Part shown: positions 1 through 10,196 of the stretch, piece by piece
Numbering within the stretch: position 1 is the stretch's first letter
How the letters are laid out: every line of letters begins with the position of its first letter
Origin: an uncultured bacterium
GTDB taxonomy: Bacteria; Bacteroidota; Ignavibacteria; UBA10030; BY39
Assembly (NCBI GenBank): GCA_937967455.1
Contig: CALCJK010000018.1
Location: forward strand, 70,293 to 134,292
DNA: 64,000 nt
Reading direction: 5' to 3'
Notes under the pieces: model-generated
Database searches by the model: none
The model's input: the letters and a program-made list of their open reading frames with translations, nothing else
Told to the model about the DNA's origin: nothing
Made by a program: the position numbers and the translations under genes

Positions 1-129
1 ATTTTTAGATTTACATTTAGGGCATATCAGACGAGGTGGAAATGCAATATAACCACAAGATGTGCATTTACCTGCCTCAAGACGATAACGCTGTGGTATT
101 TCTCTTTGATATCTTGCTACGTTTTTCAT
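1..129 (-). CDS. DUF35-type OB-fold/zinc-ribbon protein (partial, runs off window start); companion subunit of archaeal-type thiolase/HMG-CoA synthase
   Basis: Not in ORF track (edge-truncated). Reverse translation from ATG 129-127 reads [43 protein letters not shown] (CxxC..CxxC zinc ribbon). ATGA start/stop overlap with the upstream thiolase gene. Confidence 0.6.
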   Translation of the reverse strand, partial: MKNVARYQREIPQRYRLEAGKCTSCGYIAFPPRLICPKCKSKN

Positions 130-1277
130 TTTCCCTCCAATATATGAATTACACAACTTGCACCAGTACCGCCCATATTTTGTGTCATACCGATTCGAGC
201 ATTTTTAACCTGCCTTGCACCTGCTTTCCCTAAGAGCTGTTCATAAACTTCAATTATCTGTGCTATACCTGTGGCACCAACTGGATGACCTTTTGCTTTG
301 AGACCACCACTCGTGTTGATTGCTATTTTACCACTTTCTATTGAAGTTAGTCCATTTTCCACCGCTTCACCACCTTTACCTTTTTCAAAGAAACCTAAAT
401 CTTCGCTGACTAATATCTCTGCTATTGTGAAGCAATCATGGACTTCAACTAAATTTACATCTTTAGGTTTTATACCTGCCATACGATAAGCTTTTTCCGC
501 TGCCTTTACAACCGAACCAAGTGTTGTAAAGCTTTCTCTACTATGTAATGCGATTGTATCAGAAGCTTGTGCAGATGCTATGACTTTCACAAAATCTTTT
601 TTGATATTCTTTGCTACTTCGACGGATGCTACAATTACTGCCGCTGCACCGTCAGTCACTGGAGAACAATCTAACAATCTCAATGGATCTGCAACCATAG
701 TTGAATTCATAACCTGTTCGGGGGTAATTTCAAAGCCGAATTGTGCATTTGGATTTTTTGAACCGTTACGATGATTTTTAATGGCAACATCTGAAAGCTG
801 TTTCCTGGTGGTACCAAATTGATGCATATGGGCTTTGGCAATCAAAGCATATAAACCTGGGAATGTTATACCTTGATAGACTTCGTATTCTTGATCCGCT
901 GCAGTAGCAAGAGCAGCCGTCACGTCTTCAGCGTCGGTCATTTTCTCTACACCACCAGCTAAAACTATGTTACTTGCACCTGAAGCAACTTCCAGAAATG
1001 CTTGACGAAAAGCTGCACCACCAGATGCACATGCCGACTCTACACGAGTTGCAGGAATAGGTGTTATACCAAGATAATCAGCCATTAGTGCACCTATGTG
1101 TTCTTGTTCAACAAACAAACCAGGCGACATAGATCCGATATACATCGAATCTATATACTCAACTCCAGCATCTTCTATTGCTTTTAAAGCAGCTTCAACA
1201 AAAATATCTCTTATTGATTTTGTCCAGAGCTCGCCAAATTTTGTCATGCCAGCTCCAATTATAACTACGTCTCTCAT
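126..1277 (-). CDS. thiolase-like acetyl-CoA C-acetyltransferase (SCP-x/archaeal type)
   Basis: 383-aa ORF beginning [16 protein letters not shown], with a thiolase-like fold and active-site Cys region. Lies between HMG-CoA synthase and DUF35 with 4-nt overlaps. Confidence 0.8.
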   Translation of the reverse strand: MRDVVIIGAGMTKFGELWTKSIRDIFVEAALKAIEDAGVEYIDSMYIGSMSPGLFVEQEHIGALMADYLGITPIPATRVESACASGGAAFRQAFLEVASGASNIVLAGGVEKMTDAEDVTAALATAADQEYEVYQGITFPGLYALIAKAHMHQFGTTRKQLSDVAIKNHRNGSKNPNAQFGFEITPEQVMNSTMVADPLRLLDCSPVTDGAAAVIVASVEVAKNIKKDFVKVIASAQASDTIALHSRESFTTLGSVVKAAEKAYRMAGIKPKDVNLVEVHDCFTIAEILVSEDLGFFEKGKGGEAVENGLTSIESGKIAINTSGGLKAKGHPVGATGIAQIIEVYEQLLGKAGARQVKNARIGMTQNMGGTGASCVIHILEGK

Positions 1278-1286
1278 AATTCCCTC

Positions 1287-2333
1287 CTACTCATTTAATT
1301 TTATTTTCTTACGGAATTTTGCGTACTCGCCGTAGTTCAAATATATCTTGTTATTATTCAGCAAATCTCTAACTTTAGGAGCAAGATTTTGAACCTTCGG
1401 TAATTCATCAGTTGCTTTGAAGATAAACCCGTCGCTTCCAGCACCAGAACCAAACGAAACCATGAAAATCAAGTCTCCAGGCTTAGCTTCATCTAATATC
1501 GCTGCTAAACCAGTAGGTGATGATCCTGAATATGTGTTTCCCATCCATGGAACTATCCATCCTACTTCCAATTGTTCTTTAGTGAAGCCAAGTTTCTTTC
1601 CGACTTCCTGTGGAAACTTTCCGTTTGGCATATGGAAAACGGCGTGTTTAAAATCTTTTGGAGAGAGTCTCGATTTTTCCAGTAACGCTTTGCCAGCTCC
1701 AATAATATGTTTGAAATAAGCTGGTTCACCTGTAAATCGTCCAGCATGGCGAGGATAAAATTCACCTTCACGACGCCAGAAATCAGGTGTATCTGTTGTG
1801 AACGAATGTGTAAATAATACTTCTGCAATAACTTTATCCTTACCCATGATGTATGCTGTTCCACCAGCTGCAGTTGAATATTCAAGAGCATCACCTGGTG
1901 CACCCTGTGAAGTATCAGTGCCAATACCTAAAGCATACTTCATCTCTCCAGCTTTTACATGACTGTAAGCAACATACATTGCTTCACTACCAGCCTTACA
2001 AGCAAATTCATAACTCGCAACATGAACATGAGGTCCGATACCAAGTGCATCAACCAAAGTTGCACCACTTGGTTTTACAGCATAAGGATGGGACTCTGAT
2101 CCAATATATACAGCTCCTATCTCTTGTGGATTAATTCTGGCTCTCTTAAGTGCATTCTTTGCAGCTTCTACAGATATTGTAATTGTATCCTCATCCTGAC
2201 CCGGTACTGTTTTTTCATTTAACAATAATCCTCTTTTTATCGATTCAGGATCGCTGCCCCATTGTAGAGCTATTGTCTCAGACTTGATCCTGTACCTGGG
2301 CAAATATGCCCCATATCCTACTATTCCAATCAT
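1287..2333 (-). CDS. hydroxymethylglutaryl-CoA synthase (archaeal/PksG-like)
   Basis: Track ORF 1287..2426. The conserved N-terminus MIGIVGYGAYLPRYRI begins at the internal Met at 2333. The longer start would overlap the aspS 3' end by 47 nt. Confidence 0.75.
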   Translation of the reverse strand: MIGIVGYGAYLPRYRIKSETIALQWGSDPESIKRGLLLNEKTVPGQDEDTITISVEAAKNALKRARINPQEIGAVYIGSESHPYAVKPSGATLVDALGIGPHVHVASYEFACKAGSEAMYVAYSHVKAGEMKYALGIGTDTSQGAPGDALEYSTAAGGTAYIMGKDKVIAEVLFTHSFTTDTPDFWRREGEFYPRHAGRFTGEPAYFKHIIGAGKALLEKSRLSPKDFKHAVFHMPNGKFPQEVGKKLGFTKEQLEVGWIVPWMGNTYSGSSPTGLAAILDEAKPGDLIFMVSFGSGAGSDGFIFKATDELPKVQNLAPKVRDLLNNNKIYLNYGEYAKFRKKIKLNE

Positions 2334-2379
2334 AAGAACTCCTTTTAACTTGTTGATATGACTTTTGTTAATTATTTTT

Positions 2380-4146
2380 TTATTTTTCAATTTTAATATG
2401 AAGTTCACGAAGTTGTTCTTCGTCAACTTCAGAAGGTGAATCGTCCATTAACGACATTGCACTCGTAGTTTTGGGAAAAGCAATAACATCGCGAATGGAT
2501 TTTTGTCCAGTAAGTAACATAACAATTCTATCAAATCCAAATGCAATTCCACCGTGTGGTGGTGCCCCGTATTTAAAAGAATCCAGCAAAAAGCCAAATT
2601 TCTTTTGTGCTTCGGCCTCTGAAATACCTAATAAAGAAAACATTTTATTTTGTAATTCTCTATTAAAAATTCTTATACTTCCACCTGCAATTTCATTCCC
2701 ATTTAGAACAAGATCATATGCACGAGCTCGAACCTTCTCAGGATTTTTATCCAGCAATTCAAGATCCTCAAACTTAGGAGATGTAAATGGATGGTGTACA
2801 GCAATGTAACGTGACTCATCCGGATTATATTCAAGTAATGGAAAATCAATCACCCAGAGCAATTCATATTTGTTTGGATCAATTAAATTCTGTCTGTTTG
2901 CAATTTCAATTCTCAATGCACCCAAAATATTATATACCTTTTTGTATTCATCAGCTACAATTAAAATAAGGTCCCCCACTTTAGCATTAATTCTACTTAC
3001 TATTGAATCAAGAACATCTTTTGAAATATATTTTGAAGCAGGTGAATCTATTCCCTTTTCAGTTATTTTCATCCAGATTAATCCACCTCCGCCAAGTTTC
3101 TTGACAAATTCTGTAATATTATCTATTTGACTACGGCTATAATGAGCGCAACTTGGAGCAACAATTCCTGCAACAATCTCACCTTTTTCTATTGTATCCT
3201 TGAAAACCTTAAATTCAGTATTGGACAATATATCATTTAAATATTTAATACTTAAATCAAATCTCAGATCTGGTTTATCCGTACCGTATTTCTCAATTGC
3301 ATCTTTATATGTTAAAATTTTGAAAGGTGTTTTAATACTAATTCCTTTAATCTCTTCAAACATTTTTACAATTAACCCTTCAACCAATTTAAATATATCA
3401 CCCTCATCTACAAACGACATTTCAACATCGATTTGTGTAAATTCTGGTTGTCGATCAGCTCTCAAATCTTCATCACGGAAACACTTTGCAATCTGGAAAT
3501 ATCTATCAAATCCAGCCACCATCAGTATTTGTTTGTATGTTTGTGGCGATTGTGGAAGAGCATAGAACTTACCTGGATGTACTCTGCTCGGGACAAGGTA
3601 GTCTCTGGCACCTTCCGGTGTACTTTTCATTAAAATTGGGGTCTCAATTTCAACGAAACCATTCTCATCAAAATATTTTCTGGTTAATTGATATAACCGA
3701 TGACGGGTTAACAAATTTCTTTGCAATGTCTGCCGTCTCAAATCAAGATATCGATATTTTAAGCGGATTTCTTCACTGATATCAATATTATCTTCTATTT
3801 GGAAAGGAGGAGTTTCAGATTTATTAATAATATTTAGTTCATTTGCAATTAATTCTATTTCTCCCGTTGTAATTTCATTATTTTCCTGTCCAGGAGGTCT
3901 TCTTTTCACAATCCCAGTAACAGAAATAACAAATTCGCTTCTGAGTGCACTTGCTAATTCATGCAAAGATTTATTCTCTTGAGGATTAAAAACAACTTGA
4001 GTTTTACCATATCGATCACGAATATAAATGAAAATTATTCCACCAAGGTCTCTGCGACTGTCAACCCAGCCGTTTAAAGTAACAAATTGGTCGAGATGTT
4101 GTAAGTTTAATTCACCACAGGTATGTGTTCTTTTTTTATATATCAT
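2380..4146 (-). CDS. aspS: aspartate--tRNA ligase
   Basis: 588 aa with an N-terminal OB anticodon-binding domain (LDQFVTLNGWVDSRRDLGGIIFIYIRDRYG) and class II synthetase motifs (FQIAKCFRDEDLRADRQPEFTQID, GGSIR). Confidence 0.9.
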   Translation of the reverse strand: MIYKKRTHTCGELNLQHLDQFVTLNGWVDSRRDLGGIIFIYIRDRYGKTQVVFNPQENKSLHELASALRSEFVISVTGIVKRRPPGQENNEITTGEIELIANELNIINKSETPPFQIEDNIDISEEIRLKYRYLDLRRQTLQRNLLTRHRLYQLTRKYFDENGFVEIETPILMKSTPEGARDYLVPSRVHPGKFYALPQSPQTYKQILMVAGFDRYFQIAKCFRDEDLRADRQPEFTQIDVEMSFVDEGDIFKLVEGLIVKMFEEIKGISIKTPFKILTYKDAIEKYGTDKPDLRFDLSIKYLNDILSNTEFKVFKDTIEKGEIVAGIVAPSCAHYSRSQIDNITEFVKKLGGGGLIWMKITEKGIDSPASKYISKDVLDSIVSRINAKVGDLILIVADEYKKVYNILGALRIEIANRQNLIDPNKYELLWVIDFPLLEYNPDESRYIAVHHPFTSPKFEDLELLDKNPEKVRARAYDLVLNGNEIAGGSIRIFNRELQNKMFSLLGISEAEAQKKFGFLLDSFKYGAPPHGGIAFGFDRIVMLLTGQKSIRDVIAFPKTTSAMSLMDDSPSEVDEEQLRELHIKIEK

Positions 4147-4281
4147 TGAAAATTTTTAAGAATTAAGATGCTCAAGCAATATAACAAATAGAGCTTACTT
4201 TTGCAAAAATATATATTGGTTGTATTTTTCAAATTTTTTTCTATATTTAACTAGAATTTTAAAAAAATTGAGAGTTCAAAA

Positions 4282-5181
4282 ATGGACAACTCTGAAATAG
4301 AACGGATAATTCAGCTTGTTTTAAAGGATTACGCACCTGAGAAACTAAAAATCTCCTCAAATAATTCTACCTGTAAAGATGGTGTATGTACAGATGGGCT
4401 TTGTGTAATACATAACAAAGCTGGCGTCAAGAATATAGTTGATAAAGGTGCAAGTAGAATTTCGGCCAGTATTGGCGTCGAGGCTGCTGGTGGAGTCGAA
4501 AATGAATTAGCCCGAATGATTGATCATACCTTATTAAAACCAGAAGCAACAGTTGAACAAATTACACAATTATGCTTGGAGGCAAAAAAATATAATTTTG
4601 CAAGTGTTTGTGTTAATCCCTCATATGTTCCGTTATGTGCTAAGCTTCTGAAAGATACGCCTGTAAAAGTTTGTACTGTAATTGGATTCCCACTTGGTGC
4701 AACTTCAACAAAAGCTAAAGCATACGAAACAGAACAAGCCATAGAAGATGGGGCTACAGAAGTAGATATGGTTATAAACATTGGAATGCTTAAATCCGGA
4801 TTGTACGATTATGTCGAAAACGACATTTTTGCTGTCGTGAGTGCTGCTAAACGAAATAATGTATTAGTGAAAGTTATAATCGAAACAGCACTTCTTACAG
4901 ATGAAGAAAAAGTTAAAGCCTGTTTACTTGCGAAAAGAGCTGGAGCCGACTTTGTTAAAACTTCAACTGGATTTTCAAAAGGTGGCGCAACAGCAGGAGA
5001 TATTGCATTGATGAGAAAAGTAGTTGGTAGTGCTATGGGAGTTAAAGCCTCTGGTGGTGTTCGCACCAGAGAAGAAGCTTTACAAATGGTACAATCTGGA
5101 GCTGATCGAATTGGTGCTAGTGCAAGCGTGAAAATTATAAGCTCTGAAAAAGATACGAAAAAAAGTTCAGAAATGTATTAA
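4282..5181 (+). CDS. deoC: deoxyribose-phosphate aldolase with ~75-aa Cys-containing N-terminal extension
   Basis: The DeoC core begins around residue 76 ([16 protein letters not shown]...[11 protein letters not shown]...VDMVINIG...FVKTSTGF). The extension contains [11 protein letters not shown]. Confidence 0.8.
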   Translation: MDNSEIERIIQLVLKDYAPEKLKISSNNSTCKDGVCTDGLCVIHNKAGVKNIVDKGASRISASIGVEAAGGVENELARMIDHTLLKPEATVEQITQLCLEAKKYNFASVCVNPSYVPLCAKLLKDTPVKVCTVIGFPLGATSTKAKAYETEQAIEDGATEVDMVINIGMLKSGLYDYVENDIFAVVSAAKRNNVLVKVIIETALLTDEEKVKACLLAKRAGADFVKTSTGFSKGGATAGDIALMRKVVGSAMGVKASGGVRTREEALQMVQSGADRIGASASVKIISSEKDTKKSSEMY

Positions 5182-5645
5182 TGAGAAACTTAATCCTTAT
5201 CATACCATTTCTAATTCTAAGTTGTGCATCTCAAAAGGATGCAAGCAAAATCGAATCAGGGCATGATAATCCATTCTCAGAATTTGAAAAATCGTTCAAT
5301 CCATCTGATTACGACGAGGAAATCAAGATTGAAGAAAAGAAAAAAGAAAATATTGAAATAAAACCAAAGGAAAAAATCAACCAGGAAATCCTAAATGGTT
5401 TTAGAATCCAGATTACTATGACTAAAGAAATTACAGAAGCTAATACAATTAAAAATGATTTAATTGCACTTTTCCCTGAACAAAATGTTTATGTAATTTT
5501 TGAAGCACCTTATTATAAGGTTAGGTTAGGAGATTTTCTGGATAGAGAATCTGCTAATAATTTTTTACCCAATCTAATAGACAAAGGTTTTAAAAGCGCC
5601 TGGGTTGTACCTGATAAAGTTGTGAAAAATATATATCCAAAATAA
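5181..5645 (+). CDS. SPOR-domain lipoprotein
   Basis: Signal peptide plus Cys (LILSCASQ), a Lys/Glu-rich linker, and a C-terminal SPOR-like module (FRIQITMTKEITEANTIKNDLIALFPEQNVYVIFEAPYYKVRLGDF). Confidence 0.6.
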   Translation: MRNLILIIPFLILSCASQKDASKIESGHDNPFSEFEKSFNPSDYDEEIKIEEKKKENIEIKPKEKINQEILNGFRIQITMTKEITEANTIKNDLIALFPEQNVYVIFEAPYYKVRLGDFLDRESANNFLPNLIDKGFKSAWVVPDKVVKNIYPK

Positions 5646-5674
5646 ATTACAATTCTTTAATTACTTATTGTTTC

Positions 5675-7372
5675 CTAAAATTTTATTGATACATTTTCAA
5701 TAGGCCAACGTGCTCTTAAATTAATCGTATCAGGATATACAGTAAAAATTTCTGAATGTACAAATGGTTTAATCCTTCCAAAGTCGTACTTCATATTCCC
5801 ATTTTTATCAGAAAATGCTTCTAAAATATATTTGCCCTCCGGAATATCATTAAACACAAATTCACCTGTATCGTTGGGTTTAGTCTCCATAATTTTTTGT
5901 CTAATTTTGTTGACCTCAAAAATTTCTATAATTACATTTTTATAATCCAGATTAATTGTTTTGCCTATTACCTTACCATTTATTGAACTCAATTTGTTTT
6001 TATCAATTGTTGAGAATTCCAAAATAATTGTACTATCTTTAATTGAATTACCAAAGATATCTATTAATGAGTCTAAATCAATTTTTACTTTGTATTTCAT
6101 TTTACTTTTAAGATTTTCTATAGGTAAAAATTTTACCTTTAGTTTTGTTTCCCATACGAAATTACCTGGCACATCATTTCCAGCAGAGTCCAGAAGGTGA
6201 AAACCATTCACAAAACTATTTTGAATTATTTCCTCATTAAATGAGACTAAAAAATATTTATTCATCATAACATTATTTTCATTGTTTTTTATATTTTGAA
6301 ACTCAAAATACGGGGCAATTGTATCATTGATTATCGAGCCATAAAATTCAATTTGATTTTTCTCCGGAATTATTTCGTTCCCTGCAGTATCACAGATTTT
6401 ATATGTTGTTAGTTTATATTTAATACTATCCTGACTATTAGTATACAATAGAAAAGTATTTGGTTTAATTAAAAAGTAAGAATTTACTTGTAAAGAATTA
6501 AAATTTAAAATATCAGAAATAAAAAATTCTGCAGAATCTTTAACCGGTTCGCTAAGTACTATTTGGATTTGGTGTTTATTTAATGATTTTACATTTGATA
6601 TAAAAGGTGGGGTTGTATCTTCCAAAGTAATTCTGAAGTTTAAGTTATTAAAAAAAGTAATCGAATCTTGTAGTAAAACATCAAACTGTGCTGTACCATA
6701 CTGATCCACCTGTGCATCATATATTAAATTATTATAAACATCCCTTATCGCAAACAGCCTATATTTTCCCGTGCCAAGATACTTTAAACTAAATGATCCA
6801 TCTTTAGATGTTTGAGAAAGGTAATCAGGTTTTGTGTGAGTTAGATCTATTGTATCCGATTGTCGGTCTAAAATCTTAAATGCAAAAATTTTTATTGCTT
6901 CAGGTTTTTCAGAATAAACTTTTCCAGTTATATAACATGAATCGATACTCTCTCCTGTTGAAAATGGAAGTGAAAATGTTTCAGCTAAATTATTTCCTCT
7001 TCTATCTTTTGCACTTGTTCCAACAATTAATACATAGGTTGTATTATCTCTGAGTTTTCCTTCGAAAGATATCTCGAGTTCTTTACCACTCCAATCAAAT
7101 TCCAGTGTACCCAGATCAGGCGAAACAAAAATAGCTTCTTGAACACTTCTTTGATCCATATATTTATCAAATTCCAGAAAAATTTTATTTTTCCTGAAAA
7201 AAGTCGAATTGAGCATTGGGTCGGAGTAAATGATATTAGGTGATGTCGTATCTATCGGTCCTCCTGGAGGTGGATATTGACCAGCACATCTAAACAGCAT
7301 GAAAATCAAGAAAGCTACGCAAGAAATTGAAAAAAGATTTGGAGTAAAGTTCCCAATTTTAATTTTTTTCAT
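5675..7372 (-). CDS. secreted/membrane-anchored Ig-like protein with C-terminal carboxypeptidase-regulatory-like domain
   Basis: 565 aa with an N-terminal hydrophobic anchor and a C-terminal GKVIGK...NDIPEGKYILEAFSDKNGN pattern. Overlaps mltG by 14 nt, so probably operonic. Confidence 0.4.
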   Translation of the reverse strand: MKKIKIGNFTPNLFSISCVAFLIFMLFRCAGQYPPPGGPIDTTSPNIIYSDPMLNSTFFRKNKIFLEFDKYMDQRSVQEAIFVSPDLGTLEFDWSGKELEISFEGKLRDNTTYVLIVGTSAKDRRGNNLAETFSLPFSTGESIDSCYITGKVYSEKPEAIKIFAFKILDRQSDTIDLTHTKPDYLSQTSKDGSFSLKYLGTGKYRLFAIRDVYNNLIYDAQVDQYGTAQFDVLLQDSITFFNNLNFRITLEDTTPPFISNVKSLNKHQIQIVLSEPVKDSAEFFISDILNFNSLQVNSYFLIKPNTFLLYTNSQDSIKYKLTTYKICDTAGNEIIPEKNQIEFYGSIINDTIAPYFEFQNIKNNENNVMMNKYFLVSFNEEIIQNSFVNGFHLLDSAGNDVPGNFVWETKLKVKFLPIENLKSKMKYKVKIDLDSLIDIFGNSIKDSTIILEFSTIDKNKLSSINGKVIGKTINLDYKNVIIEIFEVNKIRQKIMETKPNDTGEFVFNDIPEGKYILEAFSDKNGNMKYDFGRIKPFVHSEIFTVYPDTINLRARWPIENVSIKF

Positions 7373-8387
7373 TATTTCCCTTTATACTATTTCTCAACTT
7401 TCTATAGTTATTTACATTTTTTAAATGTTCCGAGTAAGTACGACTAAAGATATGTCCTTCATTTCCTGAGGCAACAAAGTATAGGTAATTATGTTTAGCA
7501 GGATAAAGTGCAGCTAAAATTGCTGCTTTACCGGGATTATTAATTGGGGTTGGCGGTAGCCCTACATAACGATAAGTGTTATATGGAGAATCAATTTTTA
7601 AATCTTTGTATTTTAACAATCTAGGACCATCCTCAAGTACATATTGAATAGTTGGGTCTGCCTGTAATAACATTTTCTTTTTTAAGCGATTGTAATATAC
7701 TCCGGCAATTGTTGCCTTTTCAGAATCAATTTTTGTTTCACCTTCAACAATCGAGGCTATTGTTAGGACTTCATTTATGGATAAACCAAGAATGCTTGCC
7801 CTTTTTTGAAGTGTATCATTATAAACTTTCCAGAACTGTTGCAATAGTCTTTCTATTACTTCTTCTTCTTCAGGTTGCCAGTAAAATTGATAAGTGTCAG
7901 GCATAAGATAACCTTCGAGTGAGATAGCATTGATACCTTGTTTTTTTACAAAACTTTCATCATAGACGAGTTTCACATATTTAGCTGAATCAATATCTAA
8001 TTCTCTCGAGAGTATTCGAGCCTGTGCACGCGCAGTTAAACCCTCAGGTATTGTTACATCAATCTGCATTGCCGACTCACCAGTTTGTAAACATTTTAAA
8101 ACATCTGAATTTGTCATTTTCCCATGAAATAAATATTTACCAACTTTAATTTCTCTATCCATTTTTTTTATTTTTCCAGCAAGTGCAAACAGAAATTTAT
8201 TTTTAATAATACCGTTGGCTTTAAGAGAATCTACAACTTGAGAAAAATTCATACCCTTAGATACTTTAAAAATCTTTTCCCCTTCGAAGCCCAATTTTGC
8301 TTCAAATGCTAAATAATAAAACCCAGCGATCAAAATTATTAAAAGCGCAGTTATAAATGCAATAAATTTTTTTAATGCTTTTTTCAT
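7359..8387 (-). CDS. mltG: endolytic murein transglycosylase MltG (YceG family)
   Basis: 342 aa with an N-terminal TM and YceG-like domain (VTIPEGLTARAQARIL...GLPPTPINNPG). Confidence 0.8.
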   Translation of the reverse strand: MKKALKKFIAFITALLIILIAGFYYLAFEAKLGFEGEKIFKVSKGMNFSQVVDSLKANGIIKNKFLFALAGKIKKMDREIKVGKYLFHGKMTNSDVLKCLQTGESAMQIDVTIPEGLTARAQARILSRELDIDSAKYVKLVYDESFVKKQGINAISLEGYLMPDTYQFYWQPEEEEVIERLLQQFWKVYNDTLQKRASILGLSINEVLTIASIVEGETKIDSEKATIAGVYYNRLKKKMLLQADPTIQYVLEDGPRLLKYKDLKIDSPYNTYRYVGLPPTPINNPGKAAILAALYPAKHNYLYFVASGNEGHIFSRTYSEHLKNVNNYRKLRNSIKGNNEKN

Positions 8388-10195
8388 CTTAAATTCTCAA
8401 TTAATTGTTTCGCTCCTAAATGGTTTGGATTCAAACGCAAAGTGTTTTCAAAAAACACCTTCGCTTTATTATTTTCTCTCAATAACATAAAAATTTTACC
8501 AATCAAAAAGTTTGTCCAATCCAAATTTGGATAAAAATTAATAGATTGATTTAACAATAACAAAGCTCTTTGAATATCGCCTGTCATAAGTAAATATTCA
8601 GCTTCTTCATTAATTCTAACAATATTTTGTGGTACGAAATCTGAATTATCAGTATACTCAAATACCTCCATTACTTCAGGTGTTTTTTCATTGGTTGTAA
8701 ATATCGGGTATTGATTACCAATATGGAACCAGTTTCTAAGTGTTGCTATATGTGTAACTTTTTTTGAACTTAAAAATTTCTTTAATCGATCAAAACTCCC
8801 AATATTGGGTATCATCTCCGGGCTGATGAGCCCCACCATATCAACTACCTGTAATTTCGAATAAAAAGCAATTGCGCCAATATCATGAGTTGCAACAATA
8901 GATTGTGGAGATAGATTTTTATTCAACCATTTACCAGTTATTATTTGACGATCATGGATATATTTAACATCATCAATATAAATTTTAATAAAGTTGATAG
9001 ATGCGTATAAAAATTGAAGTGTAATGATGATAGTTATTACCAATACTAAAAACATGTATTTATAATAATTTTTGATACTCTCAATTTTTTTTTGAATCAA
9101 ATTCATGGTAATCACAATACCATATATGCCCATTATTAGATATGCTGGAAAAATTGGAAATAAGTATCTACCTTTCTGATATAAGTAAGGCAGAAATAAT
9201 CCATAAGCCAATATAATTCCTAATAACCAGAAAGTATAAATTAGCTTTCCATTTTGCTTACGATTCAAAATTTCATAAAGAACAACTAAGATTCCAATAA
9301 CACTGAATAAACTTAATATTATCAGTTCATTTTCAGTAAATAAATTGTATACCTGAGTTATATAATTAACATTACCCCCTGAATAATATTTTATCTTAGC
9401 AGAAAATGTATTTGGAAACAACGTTCCTGATAAACTTAAATTGAAAACAAAATATGAGATTAATAATAAAACAAAAATTATTAAACCAGTTTTAAACTGT
9501 TTGTTCTTGAAAATAAATTCATTATTGTTTAATTTTTTGTTAAGCAAATATTTTTTATAGAGCAAATCAATAAAAAGTACTCCGTAAAAGATCAAAGCTT
9601 CTGGTCTTACCCATAATAAAATTCCCGCAAATACAGAGAAAATTAACCAGCTATTTTTTTTATAATAATAAATTGCTCCAAGCAGAAAAAATAATACCGT
9701 AGTAGTTTCCATACCAGATAAGGCAGCCCATTGAATTTTCCACATAAATGCGAAAAGAATGGTTCCGAAAATTGTAATCAAGAAGGAATCTTGAAATTCT
9801 AACCTCAAAATATTATAGAAATAAATTATCGAACCTATAAAAAAAATAATTCCCAAGCAGTAACTTAGGATAAACTCATTACTTGTGAAGAAAAATCCTA
9901 TAGACAACAAAAAAGTATAAAAAGGTGCTGTAGAACCAGAGGTAATATTCAAATCTTTAAAGTACGAAAATTTACCATATTCATTTAAATTTTTAGCAAA
10001 CTGAAGGTGAATCCATGGATCATCAAGTGGAAATGAAAAATAACCATTTATATGTAAGGATTTCAAAAGTACAAAAATTAGATATAACAAAGAAAGAAGT
10101 AATACTAAAAAAAATAAAGCCTTTTGGGCTTTTGGGGTTATTTTTAGATCATAAATCAGGCGTTGAGAAATTTGAGGTCTTGCAACTTTTTTCAT
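8384..10195 (-). CDS. polytopic membrane protein (ArnT/PMT-like glycosyltransferase fold) with C-terminal TPR repeats
   Basis: 603 aa with more than 10 predicted TM helices. TPR-like C-terminus (LLMTGDIQRALLLLNQSINFYPN...AKVFFENTLRLNPNHLGAKQLIENL). Confidence 0.4.
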   Translation of the reverse strand: MKKVARPQISQRLIYDLKITPKAQKALFFLVLLLSLLYLIFVLLKSLHINGYFSFPLDDPWIHLQFAKNLNEYGKFSYFKDLNITSGSTAPFYTFLLSIGFFFTSNEFILSYCLGIIFFIGSIIYFYNILRLEFQDSFLITIFGTILFAFMWKIQWAALSGMETTTVLFFLLGAIYYYKKNSWLIFSVFAGILLWVRPEALIFYGVLFIDLLYKKYLLNKKLNNNEFIFKNKQFKTGLIIFVLLLISYFVFNLSLSGTLFPNTFSAKIKYYSGGNVNYITQVYNLFTENELIILSLFSVIGILVVLYEILNRKQNGKLIYTFWLLGIILAYGLFLPYLYQKGRYLFPIFPAYLIMGIYGIVITMNLIQKKIESIKNYYKYMFLVLVITIIITLQFLYASINFIKIYIDDVKYIHDRQIITGKWLNKNLSPQSIVATHDIGAIAFYSKLQVVDMVGLISPEMIPNIGSFDRLKKFLSSKKVTHIATLRNWFHIGNQYPIFTTNEKTPEVMEVFEYTDNSDFVPQNIVRINEEAEYLLMTGDIQRALLLLNQSINFYPNLDWTNFLIGKIFMLLRENNKAKVFFENTLRLNPNHLGAKQLIENLR

Positions 10196-10196
10196 C

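Noticed and set aside
36-233. 65-aa + strand ORF at the window start
   Set aside because: Lies antisense to the DUF35 and thiolase coding sequences, has no RBS and is low-complexity. Judged a spurious shadow ORF.
298-2134. Multiple 60-120 aa ORFs antisense to the thiolase and HMG-CoA synthase genes (298..489, 580..774, 1096..1335, 1417..1719, 1562..1924, 1853..2134)
   Set aside because: All overlap strongly supported genes on the opposite strand or in other frames. Typical shadow ORFs of AT-rich DNA.
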